This document shows positions 18,389-27,155 of a DNA stretch of 35,183 bases, in pieces. The translations under genes were made by a program, and so were the position numbers. The stretch's first letter is position 1, and each line of letters starts with the position of its first letter. The stretch lies in sequence record DRR723986_3124. One strand, given 5' to 3'. The notes beneath the pieces are model-generated. The model did not search any database. It saw only the letters and a program-made list of their open reading frames with translations, and was not told where the DNA came from.

Positions 18389-19619
18389 TGGGCAACTCCA
18401 ATGACTGAGACCCAACGGTGACTAAAGAGAAATTCTTCGGCACATTTTCAACAAAATGCTCCACCAGACCGGCGCACGACAGCGCGTCCACTTTCTGGCA
18501 CACCTCATCGCGAGTGGGGACGCGTCCCAGGTAGAACCAATCGGTCGCGATCTGACTGCTCCGCGCCGAAGACGATTCTTGCTCGAAGACAAGCGAGCTC
18601 TTGATTCGGTTCTTCAGTCGCGCCAGCTCGTCTTCCGAAATACCATCGCGCAGCGAATCAACCGTCTCTAAAAGCACATGCAGCGTTTCTTCCGCACGGT
18701 TGGTTGTCGTCCCGGCATAGCAAAGCACACTTCCTTGTCCTGCCAACGAAAAGCACGTTGCGAACACCGAATAAACGAGCCCCCGCTTTTCACGCACCTC
18801 AGTGAAAAGCCTGGAGCTCATCCCGTCGCTCAGCACTCCAACCAACCCTCGCGCCGAATAGTATTCCGGGTGATCGTATGCGGGGCAGTCATATGCAACG
18901 GCCAGGTGCGTCTGATTGCTTGGATGATCTACATGCAAGCTTCCATAGCGTGACTGTAGCTCAGGAAGCTGGGGCACAGCCTGGGGCTTCCAATTTGCAA
19001 GCCGCTGCTCCAACTGCTCACACACCCGGTCCCAATCGAAACTACCGGCCACGGCCAAGATACTACCCGTTGGCCGATAGGTCGCTTCGAAGAACTCTCT
19101 GATCGAAGCGTGACTCGAGTTCTGCAGTCCGTCTCGCGTGCCTTGAGAAATCCTGCCAAACGGCAGTGAGAACCGGAACCGCTTCAATTCGCTGAAGCAT
19201 CGATGCGAAGGCTCATCGTCCAGAGCACGTAGCTCCTGGAGACTCAACTGTTTTGCATCATCAACCTGCTCTTCAGGGATGTGCGGATCGGTCACCATGT
19301 CGCAGTAGAGCGAAAGTGCATCGCCGAGAGACTCACTGGGCATCGCACAACTGTAGGCCGTGTGGTCGGTTGTGATCGAACAACCTCTTTCAACGCCTAG
19401 CGAATCGAGCCGTTCGAGAAAGGCTCGACTGTCCAGTTCACCACAACCGCGTTGCACCAACTCAGATGTTAGACCAGAGAGTCCATCAAGCCCATCGGGT
19501 TCGTAACAGGTGCCAGATGGCAGCAGCAGCGAGAAAGCGGCCGAACGAAGCCAGGGCATCTGCTCCCCTAGCACGACAAGGCCGCAATCAAGTTCCTTTT
19601 TGAGCAATTTCTGCTGCAT
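18369..19619 (-). CDS. M16B peptidase partner subunit lacking HXXEH
   Basis: M16 fold. The HXXEH position reads GLTSE; the C-domain has SSRLFTEVREKRGLVY. Confidence 0.88.
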   Translation of the reverse strand: MQQKLLKKELDCGLVVLGEQMPWLRSAAFSLLLPSGTCYEPDGLDGLSGLTSELVQRGCGELDSRAFLERLDSLGVERGCSITTDHTAYSCAMPSESLGDALSLYCDMVTDPHIPEEQVDDAKQLSLQELRALDDEPSHRCFSELKRFRFSLPFGRISQGTRDGLQNSSHASIREFFEATYRPTGSILAVAGSFDWDRVCEQLEQRLANWKPQAVPQLPELQSRYGSLHVDHPSNQTHLAVAYDCPAYDHPEYYSARGLVGVLSDGMSSRLFTEVREKRGLVYSVFATCFSLAGQGSVLCYAGTTTNRAEETLHVLLETVDSLRDGISEDELARLKNRIKSSLVFEQESSSARSSQIATDWFYLGRVPTRDEVCQKVDALSCAGLVEHFVENVPKNFSLVTVGSQSLELPSAVANS

Positions 19620-19653
19620 CTAAACTACCGATTCATCTAACGCGGTTGACGCG

Positions 19654-19932
19654 TCAGTCTGATTTCTTGCTGGATGACTTGCTGTCAGACTTCTTCGAAC
19701 TTGACTCAGACTTTGGCTTGTCCGCAGCCTTGGCCTTCTTGTAGGACTCGCTGCGGTAGTCGGTTTGGTAGAAGCCAGACCCTTTGAATACAACCGCAGC
19801 TCCAGTACCGATCAACCGGCGGAGCTTTAACTTGCCACATTCTGGGCACTTCCGCTTCTTGGCATCGTTGATGCCTTGATAGAGTTCGAACGTGTGCTGG
19901 CACGCGTCACACTCGTAATCGTAGGTTGGCAT
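19654..19932 (-). CDS. FmdB-family zinc-ribbon protein
   Basis: MPTYDYECDAC...CPECG...FKGSGFYQTDY followed by a Lys/Ser-rich tail. Confidence 0.92.
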   Translation of the reverse strand: MPTYDYECDACQHTFELYQGINDAKKRKCPECGKLKLRRLIGTGAAVVFKGSGFYQTDYRSESYKKAKAADKPKSESSSKKSDSKSSSKKSD

Positions 19933-19973
19933 TATTCTTCTCCGTTTCTGTTCGCCAGGAGGCCGTTGCTAGT

Positions 19974-20576
19974 CTACTCAGTCGTAGCTGGCCCTGTGCT
20001 TACCATGACAGAACTTGGTCGCACGACACGATCATGCAGTCGGTAGCCGCCAGCGACCTCAATCGCAACTTTGCCACTTTCGTGTTCTTCGCTAGGAGTC
20101 TGCCCAATTGCTTCATGGAAGTTGGGGTCGAACTCTTCGCCAAGAGCAGCGATGGGGCTGCAGCCGTACTTACCAAGCACGTTGACGAATTGGCCGGTCA
20201 CAATATTCACGCCTTCAAGCAGTGAGTTGTTTGTGGCCGCGTCTGAACTTGCCGCTTCCGCCGCCCGCTTCAGGTTGTCAACAATCTCAAGCAAGTCGCG
20301 GATGAGCGGAAGATTCGCGTATTTGATTTGCGTATCTAACTCCCGCTGCATGCGTTTGCGAAAGTTCTCCAGTTCAGCTTTGGCTCGCAAAGCTTCTTGT
20401 TGCGCTTCCACAACTTTTTCATAGTTGGTGGGCTCACGCTCCGGCTCCGCAGCAGCGGCCTGTTCCTGCTGAGCTCCAGCCTCAACCGCCTTGTCAATTG
20501 CGGCCTCCAGCTCAGACTGGTCAACACCGGTTCCTTCGGCTTGAGACTCTTGTTCGCGTTCTTCTTCAGTGGTCAT
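19974..20576 (-). CDS. grpE: Nucleotide exchange factor GrpE
   Basis: LRAKAELENFRKR, DNLKRA, GEEFDPNFHEA, GYRLHDRVVRPSSVMV. Confidence 0.96.
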   Translation of the reverse strand: MTTEEEREQESQAEGTGVDQSELEAAIDKAVEAGAQQEQAAAAEPEREPTNYEKVVEAQQEALRAKAELENFRKRMQRELDTQIKYANLPLIRDLLEIVDNLKRAAEAASSDAATNNSLLEGVNIVTGQFVNVLGKYGCSPIAALGEEFDPNFHEAIGQTPSEEHESGKVAIEVAGGYRLHDRVVRPSSVMVSTGPATTE

Positions 20577-20719
20577 CTGTCGTTTCCTAACAATTCTTGC
20601 TCGCTGAGCAGCGACATTGGTTGTTTGGTTTTACTTGCCCAAGCTACTCGGACGTATCATTCTGCAAATGAGATCCGCACGCCTCACAGGAGCGAACCGT
20701 CGAGCGGTCACATCTTGCA

Positions 20720-21877
20720 CTACGTCTCGGAGGTCTTAGGGTCCTCGGATTCATCCGTACGGAAATAGTCAAATACTCGCTCGAAAAATGACTTTCGATG
20801 CGGCGTCACGTGTTCTTCGTCCAATTCAGCCAATTGGCGCAAGAGCTCTTCTTGCGGTCCGTTGACCTTCTTGGGAATCTCGATGTAAGTCTGCACCAGC
20901 ATGTCGCCCTTCACACCACTTCGAGGGTCCGGCATGCCCTCGCCGCGAATCTGAAAGACTTCACCGCTTTGCGTTCCGCCTGGCACTTTCAGCGTTCGTC
21001 GCCCGGAAAGAGTTGGGATCTCTAGCTCGGTTCCCAGCACAACCTGCGTGTAGCTCAACGGAACCTGAAGAACGAGATCGCTGCCCTCCCGATGGAACAT
21101 ACTGTGCTTACGCACTTGGATGAAGCAGTATGCATCGCCGGGCGGACCGCCGTCGGGGCTTGCTTGCCCTTCGCCAGCCAACCGAACACGCATGCCATCA
21201 TCAACACCCGCAGGAATGGTAACGTCTAGTAGGACTTCCTTCGGGATCGCACCACTTCCGTCGCAATCATGACAGGGCGAACTGATTACCTTGCCGTTCC
21301 CGCGACATTGCGGGCAAGTCGTTTGAACGCGCAAAATGCCAGTTGCTTGCACAACTTGCCCTCGCCCGCGGCAGTGCCCACAAACCTGTGGTTCTGAACC
21401 AGGCTTTGCGCCTGAACCGGAACAAGTCCCGCACGCTTCATGTCGGGTCAGGGCTACTTGCTTCCGAACGCCCTTGGCCGCTTCTTCAAGTTCGAGGACC
21501 ACATCACAGCGAATGTCTGCACCTCGACGAACGCGCGATCGCGAACGACCGCCACCGAAGAAGTCTTCAAAAATCGTTCCACCGAAAAGATCGCCAAACG
21601 ACTCGAAGATGTCGCCGACATCCTGAAAGCCCTGGCCGGCTCCTTGCCCAAGACCGGCATGGCCGTATTGATCGTAAACGGCGCGTTTTTCGTCGTTACT
21701 GAGAACTTCGTAGGCTTCCGCGGCTTCTTTGAATTTCGCTACCGCTTCTTCGTCGTCTGGGTTGCTGTCCGGGTGGTACTTGATCGCTAACTTACGATAG
21801 GCTCGAGCTAAGTCCTTGCTCGAGATACCACGGTCAACGCCGAGGACTTCGTAGTAGTCGCGTTTGGTTGCTGACAT
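20720..21877 (-). CDS. dnaJ: Chaperone DnaJ (class A)
   Basis: [11 protein letters not shown] motif, G/F region and four CxxCxGxG repeats. ATG at 21877 preferred to TTG at 21892. Confidence 0.97.
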   Translation of the reverse strand: MSATKRDYYEVLGVDRGISSKDLARAYRKLAIKYHPDSNPDDEEAVAKFKEAAEAYEVLSNDEKRAVYDQYGHAGLGQGAGQGFQDVGDIFESFGDLFGGTIFEDFFGGGRSRSRVRRGADIRCDVVLELEEAAKGVRKQVALTRHEACGTCSGSGAKPGSEPQVCGHCRGRGQVVQATGILRVQTTCPQCRGNGKVISSPCHDCDGSGAIPKEVLLDVTIPAGVDDGMRVRLAGEGQASPDGGPPGDAYCFIQVRKHSMFHREGSDLVLQVPLSYTQVVLGTELEIPTLSGRRTLKVPGGTQSGEVFQIRGEGMPDPRSGVKGDMLVQTYIEIPKKVNGPQEELLRQLAELDEEHVTPHRKSFFERVFDYFRTDESEDPKTSET

Positions 21878-21997
21878 TGAAAGAGTATCCAATCGGCATC
21901 ACGACGCTTGACACACGGCCGTAGTGCACAGTTACGTTGAGTGCCGAAGCAGATTAGTTCACGCGAGCGGCTAGACGTGTTATCTCGACTAACCTGG

Positions 21998-22031
21998 AAA
22001 AAGAGCCACGCTCCAATGTGAAGCGTGGCCC
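21998..22031 (-). terminator. Intrinsic terminator-like hairpin between groEL and dnaJ
   Basis: Minus strand reads GGGCCACGCTTC-acatt-GGAGCGTGGCTC-TTTTT, starting about 46 nt after the groEL stop. Confidence 0.75.
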
Positions 22032-22077
22032 GTAACTTTTCTCACATGCAGTAAGACTGCTTCGGAGAGGAATTCAG

Positions 22078-23697
22078 CTAAGCAATCGAGCCTTCCGCTC
22101 GCTGCTTCTCTTTGTCTTCCTTATCAAAGGTCGTCACCAAAGCTTCTGTGGTGAGAAGCAATCCAGCGATACTGCTGGCATTCGCAAGTGCGGTGCGAAC
22201 AACCTTTACCGGATCGATAATACCCGACTTCAGCATGTCGACATACTCGCCCTTGTTGGCGTTGTAGCCCTGCGAAAGTGGCTTTTGACTGACTTCGTCA
22301 GCCACAACCGAACCGTCGATACCGGCATTGTCAGCAATCTGACGCAGAGGAGCCGACAGAGATCGAAGGATGATCTCAGCACCGGTCTTCTCGTCGCCTC
22401 GGCACTTCGAAATCGCAGCTTGAACAGCTTCGGTGCAACGGATCAAAGCAACACCACCACCTGGCAAGATGCCTTCTTCCATTGCAGCACGCGTGGCATG
22501 CAATGCATCTTCAACACGAGCCTTCTTCTGCTTCATGTCGGCTTCCGTTTCAGCTCCAACGCTGATGACGGCAACGCCACCGGCCAGCTTCGCGAGACGC
22601 TCTTGCAGCTTCTCACGATCGTACTCACTATCAGATTGTTCGATCTGAGCACGAATCTGACCAACTCGCTTGTCGATCGTCTTACGATCGCCAGCACCTT
22701 CAACGATGGTTGTCGATCCCTTGTCGACGGTCAACTTCTTAGCGCGTCCCAGGTGCTCGAGCGTGATATTCTCAAGCTGAATACCGAGGTCCTCACTGAT
22801 GAATGTACCGCCGGTCAGCGTCGCAATGTCGCCCATCATGGCCTTACGACGATCGCCGAAGCCAGGTGCCTTAACAGCACAAACGTTGAGCGTGCCACGC
22901 AGCTTGTTGACAACGAGAAGCGTCAGGGCTTCTGCGTCAACGTCTTCGGCGATAATCATCAAAGGCTTACCGCTTTGGCTAGCCTTTTCGAGTACCGGTA
23001 CGAGATCGCGAATGTTGCTGATCTTCTTTTCGTAAAGCAACACGAGTGCATCGTCGAAAGACGCAGTCATGCTACCAGGATCGGTGATGAAGTAAGGCGA
23101 GATGTAGCCCTTGTCGAACTGCATTCCGTCTACGTATTCAACTGTCGTATCAGCAGTCTTGCCTTCTTCGACAGTGATCACGCCGTCCTTACCAACTCGC
23201 TCCAGCGCTTCGGCGAGCAATTCACCAATTTGCATATCATTGTTAGCACTGATGGCACCAACGTGAGCGACCTGGGAAGGGTCACTGACAGGCTTGCCCA
23301 AATCGTGCAGCTTTGCAACCGCAGCGTCGACAGCCTTTTCGATGCCACGACGGACGGCTGCTGGATTGCTGCCAGCTACGATGTTCCGAAGACCTTCTTT
23401 GAAGATCGATCGAGCAAGAACGGTCGCCGTAGTTGTTCCGTCACCAGCCAGATCACTGGTCTTTTGAGCCACTTCGACAACGAGCTTTGCGCCCATGTTC
23501 TCGAAGCGATCTTCAAGTTCTACCTCTTTGGCAACCGTTACACCGTCTTTGGTTACCGTTGGTCCACCGAAGCTCTTGTCGATGATAACGTTCCGGCCAG
23601 TTGGGCCCATCGTTACCGCGACAGCATCGGCAAGCTTCTCAACACCACGCAGCATTCTTGCACGTGCGTGATCCTCAAACATTAGCTGTTTAGCCAC
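22078..23697 (-). CDS. groEL: Chaperonin GroEL (copy without GGM tail)
   Basis: [47 protein letters not shown] start; ends ...[10 protein letters not shown]. Confidence 0.98.
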   Translation of the reverse strand: MAKQLMFEDHARARMLRGVEKLADAVAVTMGPTGRNVIIDKSFGGPTVTKDGVTVAKEVELEDRFENMGAKLVVEVAQKTSDLAGDGTTTATVLARSIFKEGLRNIVAGSNPAAVRRGIEKAVDAAVAKLHDLGKPVSDPSQVAHVGAISANNDMQIGELLAEALERVGKDGVITVEEGKTADTTVEYVDGMQFDKGYISPYFITDPGSMTASFDDALVLLYEKKISNIRDLVPVLEKASQSGKPLMIIAEDVDAEALTLLVVNKLRGTLNVCAVKAPGFGDRRKAMMGDIATLTGGTFISEDLGIQLENITLEHLGRAKKLTVDKGSTTIVEGAGDRKTIDKRVGQIRAQIEQSDSEYDREKLQERLAKLAGGVAVISVGAETEADMKQKKARVEDALHATRAAMEEGILPGGGVALIRCTEAVQAAISKCRGDEKTGAEIILRSLSAPLRQIADNAGIDGSVVADEVSQKPLSQGYNANKGEYVDMLKSGIIDPVKVVRTALANASSIAGLLLTTEALVTTFDKEDKEKQRAEGSIA

Positions 23698-23801
23698 GCT
23701 TTAGGTTCCTTTGAATGTCAAATGATTTGGATTGCTAGATTCACCCGCTTGCAGCAGGTTTAGGATCGGAATGGGACGCTGCTCGCAGCCCCCAACGATG
23801 C

Positions 23802-24101
23802 CTAAGCGAGAACCTTGGCCAAGATGTCACTCTCGCGAAGAATCTTGACTTCGTTACCGTCAACTTCGATGTCGCTTCCGCCGTACTTGCCGTAGATGAC
23901 GACGTCACCAACTGCGATGGAAAGCGTTCCACGATTTCCGCTATCGAGCAGACGCCCTGGCCCTACAGCGACAACAGTGCCGCGCTGTGGCTTTTCTTTC
24001 GCGGAGTCGGGAAGCACGATGCCGCCAGCAGTGGTTTCTTCTGCATCTTCAGGCTGAACCACAACACGGTCATCCAAAGGTCGAATCTTTAGTTTTGCCA
24101 T
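23802..24101 (-). CDS. groES: Co-chaperonin GroES
   Basis: IRPLDDRVVV, mobile loop TAGGIVLPDSAKEKP, ILRESDILA. Confidence 0.98.
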   Translation of the reverse strand: MAKLKIRPLDDRVVVQPEDAEETTAGGIVLPDSAKEKPQRGTVVAVGPGRLLDSGNRGTLSIAVGDVVIYGKYGGSDIEVDGNEVKILRESDILAKVLA

Positions 24102-24184
24102 TATCTTGAATCCTGTGAATTGTTTTATGTGTGTTAATGCGGACCATTGCCCGCTCTGAACAAGCTATGAATCGGAGGGGAAGG

Positions 24185-25906
24185 CTACATCATGCCGGGC
24201 ATGCCGCCCATTCCAGGCATGCCGCCCATACCCCCCATGCCACCCATTCCGCCCATGCCACCCATCGGGTCCATGCCGCCCATGCCGTGGTCATGATGAT
24301 CGTGTCCGCCAGCGTCCTCTTCCTCAACTGGAATGTCCGCGACGAGAGACTCGGTGGTCAGAAGTAGCGATGCAACACTGGAAGCATTCTGCAGTGCAGT
24401 ACGCACGACCTTAGCTGGATCGATAACGCCAGCAGCAACCATATCGGTGTACTTGTCGGCGTTTGCGTCGTAGCCTTCAGTCTTGCTCTTCAACTGGCGA
24501 ACGCGATTGACAACAACGGCTCCATCGAGTCCGGCGTTAGTTGCAATTGCTCGCAGCGGAGCGTCAAGAACGTTCTTGATGATGTCTGCACCAAGCTTCT
24601 CGTCGCCTTCAACTTCGAGCTTCTTGAATGCGTTTTCGCAACGAATCAGAGCGGTTCCACCACCTGGCACAATGCCTTCGTGTAGTGCAGCTTGCGTAGC
24701 GGCCTTCGCGTCATCGAGAAGAGCCTTACGCTCCTTCATTTCCGTTTCGGTAGCAGCGCCAACAGAGATCTGTGCAACGCCACCAGCCAACTTGGCGAGA
24801 CGCTCTTGCAACTTCTCGCGATCGTAGTCGCTGTCGGTAACGTCGATTTCGCGGCGAATCTGTTCCGCTCGGCCAGAAATCGCATCCTTCTTGCCAGCAC
24901 CACCGACGATAACGGTCTCTTCGCTGGTGATTCGTACCTTCTTGGCTCGGCCAAGGTCCGTTAGCTTGACGCTCTCTAGGTCGACGCCGAGATCCTTGAA
25001 GATCGCTTGCCCACCAGTCAGAGCAGCCAGGTCACCCATGATCGCCTTGCGACGATCACCGTAACCAGGAGCCTTCACAGCACAAACGCTGAGAATGCCT
25101 CGCATCTTGTTAACAACGAGTGTCGCCAGAGCTTCGCCTTCAACGTCTTCAGCAATGACGAGCAGAGGCTTCTTCGCCTTGCTGGCAGCTTCCAACAATG
25201 GGATCAGCTTCTTGTTCGAGCTGATTTTCTCTTCAAAGAGAAGAATGTGGCAGTCGTCCAATTCGACAGTCACATCGTCAGGATTGGTGACGAAATGAGG
25301 CGACAGGAACCCGCGGTCAAACTGCATGCCCTCAACAACCTCAACGGTCGTTTCGCTGCTGCGGCCTTCTTCGACGGTGATAACGCCATCCTTGCCGACC
25401 TTCAAAAAGGCGTCCGCAAGAACGTCGCCGATGGCCGGGTCATTGTTACCTGCAATCGTGGCAACTTGCTTGATTTCCTTCTTGCTCTTTTCGTCGATCT
25501 TGATCGACATCTTATTCAGAGCGTTCGAAACAGCCTCAACCGCTTTGGCGATACCGCGAGAAAGTGCCATTGGGTCAGCCCCAGCGGCAATCATCTTCAG
25601 GCCTTCGCGGAAGATTGCTTCCGAAAGAACGGTTGCGGTCGTTGTGCCGTCACCCGCAACATCGTTGGTCTTACTAGCAGCTTCTTTAACTAGCTGAGCA
25701 CCAAGATTCTCGAACGGGTCATCCAGCTCGATATCCTCGGCGACTGTCACGCCGTCCTTGGTCACCTTCGGTGAACCCCAACCTTTGTCGAGGACAGCGT
25801 TTCGACCGCGTGGACCGAGCGTACTACGAACGGCTTTCGCCAACTTCGCCACACCCGACAACAGCGGCTGCCGCGCGTCATCATCGAATACCATCTGTTT
25901 TGCCAC
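24185..25906 (-). CDS. groEL: Chaperonin GroEL (copy with His-rich + GGM tail)
   Basis: [35 protein letters not shown]; tail GGHDHHDHG(MGG)n. GTG at 25906 with GGAGGA 8 nt upstream. Confidence 0.98.
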   Translation of the reverse strand: MAKQMVFDDDARQPLLSGVAKLAKAVRSTLGPRGRNAVLDKGWGSPKVTKDGVTVAEDIELDDPFENLGAQLVKEAASKTNDVAGDGTTTATVLSEAIFREGLKMIAAGADPMALSRGIAKAVEAVSNALNKMSIKIDEKSKKEIKQVATIAGNNDPAIGDVLADAFLKVGKDGVITVEEGRSSETTVEVVEGMQFDRGFLSPHFVTNPDDVTVELDDCHILLFEEKISSNKKLIPLLEAASKAKKPLLVIAEDVEGEALATLVVNKMRGILSVCAVKAPGYGDRRKAIMGDLAALTGGQAIFKDLGVDLESVKLTDLGRAKKVRITSEETVIVGGAGKKDAISGRAEQIRREIDVTDSDYDREKLQERLAKLAGGVAQISVGAATETEMKERKALLDDAKAATQAALHEGIVPGGGTALIRCENAFKKLEVEGDEKLGADIIKNVLDAPLRAIATNAGLDGAVVVNRVRQLKSKTEGYDANADKYTDMVAAGVIDPAKVVRTALQNASSVASLLLTTESLVADIPVEEEDAGGHDHHDHGMGGMDPMGGMGGMGGMGGMGGMPGMGGMPGMM

Positions 25907-26071
25907 GTTCAATATCCTCCAATGTGGATAAAACCCAGGAACATGTGTTCACGGAATATGTTGCTAAGCGATTCCAAAGGCCGGGCTACCGGCGGTTGCG
26001 ATCGCATCACGGTCGACGGAGCTCTCACGCATCCGCCACTCTGGCAGTACGGAGAGTTGTCGCCACGCTCG

Positions 26072-26087
26072 TGCAAGTAGCGTGCCA
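26072..26087 (-). promoter_or_regulatory. Sigma-54 (-24/-12) promoter facing the groEL operon
   Basis: Minus strand TGGCACG-ctac-TTGCA is an exact match to the TGGCACG-N4-TTGC(A/T) consensus, intergenic and about 165 nt upstream of the groEL start. Confidence 0.85.
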
Positions 26088-26298
26088 CTTCCGAAATTTG
26101 CTGCTCGCCGCGTCCCTTGCGATCAAGATCCGTGAAGCGCAAGGCGACGCAATGAGCTCGAAACCTGGTAGAATCCGAGGACGCAGCCCCGCTGCCAGCA
26201 CATCGCATAGAAAATGCCGTTTTGGGCCCGCCGGATTTCCACGCCCAAGCTGCCTTTCATCAACTGAGCAACGGCACTAACCGAGTAATGTCCGCCAA

Positions 26299-26967
26299 AT
26301 GAGCCCAACAAACCACTCATCCCCCAACTACTCGGCCTCCGGAAACACCGACGCGAACGAGCCGGCTTCCGAAACTTCTCGCCAGCCAGAAGCACCTCAC
26401 AACCCATTTGCTCCTCCGACAGATGCCGACGCGAACTATTCCGCTCCTGCTCAATTGGACGCACGCCAGATCGACGGCTCCAAACCAAGCATTCTCCGGT
26501 CCGTGGTCACCTGGACTGTCATTTGCGTAATTAGTGCCGCCCCGAGCTTCTACTGGGGATGGGGGACCGTCGCCCGCAACCAGATGCTCGCGATGCTTTG
26601 CGGAATCGCAGTATTCATCGCCCTCTATATCACCGCCGACCAATCGCCCTGGGCAATGCGACTGCGCCGAAATCGCAATATCCGGCTGGCAATGCAGATT
26701 ACTTACGGCACACGAATCGGCATTTCAGTTATTTTCCCTGCCGCCCTATTTGCAGATGCGATTGTTGGCATGGCATCAACCAGCATCGTCTTCGGGAGCT
26801 TTGAGGCGCTAGGAATCAGTCCTGAGGACGGCCGCACCGGGTTTGGTCGCCAGAGTTTTCTTGCGTGCTTCGCAACAACCATCGTTCAAGGCTGTCTACT
26901 GAACTGCGTCCTGGCCGCCTATGGCTTTATCGTCTGGGGCATCGTCTCCGCGGTTCGCTCCAGGTGA
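26299..26967 (+). CDS. Hypothetical membrane protein (~4 TM)
   Basis: ATG ORF of 222 aa filling the gap before yidC. Disordered N-tail containing NPFAPP, then four hydrophobic segments. Confidence 0.75.
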   Translation: MSPTNHSSPNYSASGNTDANEPASETSRQPEAPHNPFAPPTDADANYSAPAQLDARQIDGSKPSILRSVVTWTVICVISAAPSFYWGWGTVARNQMLAMLCGIAVFIALYITADQSPWAMRLRRNRNIRLAMQITYGTRIGISVIFPAALFADAIVGMASTSIVFGSFEALGISPEDGRTGFGRQSFLACFATTIVQGCLLNCVLAAYGFIVWGIVSAVRSR

Positions 26968-27155
26968 ACAGTGACCAAAGACCCAACGGCACGGCCCAAA
27001 GCACCGTTACGAACGCCCATAGTGCAGCTTTCAAGCAGGAAAAAATCCAGGCTAGCCAAGATGCAGCGCTGCCGAGAGAATGGCTCTTCATCTTTTAAGG
27101 GCCTGCAAAGCTGACGGTCCGCCTCAAGCTCCAAATCTGACACTGAGTCTATAAC

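Noticed and set aside
22285-23685. 466-aa plus-strand ORF antisense to groEL (also 25007..25693 and similar ORFs opposite dnaE and sucCD)
   Set aside because: Shadow ORFs expected from codon bias in highly expressed genes. They lie fully inside confident genes and show no recognisable motifs.
26271-26298. Possible CIRCE upstream of groEL (TTGGCGGAC-N10-TAGTGCCGT on the minus strand)
   Set aside because: Only about 5/9 matches per arm, wrong spacer, and it lies ~200 nt upstream of the predicted promoter.
25771-26488. Short ORFs 25909..26208, 25771..26280 and 26123..26488
   Set aside because: They overlap the groEL leader, the promoter or neighbouring genes and have non-protein-like composition.
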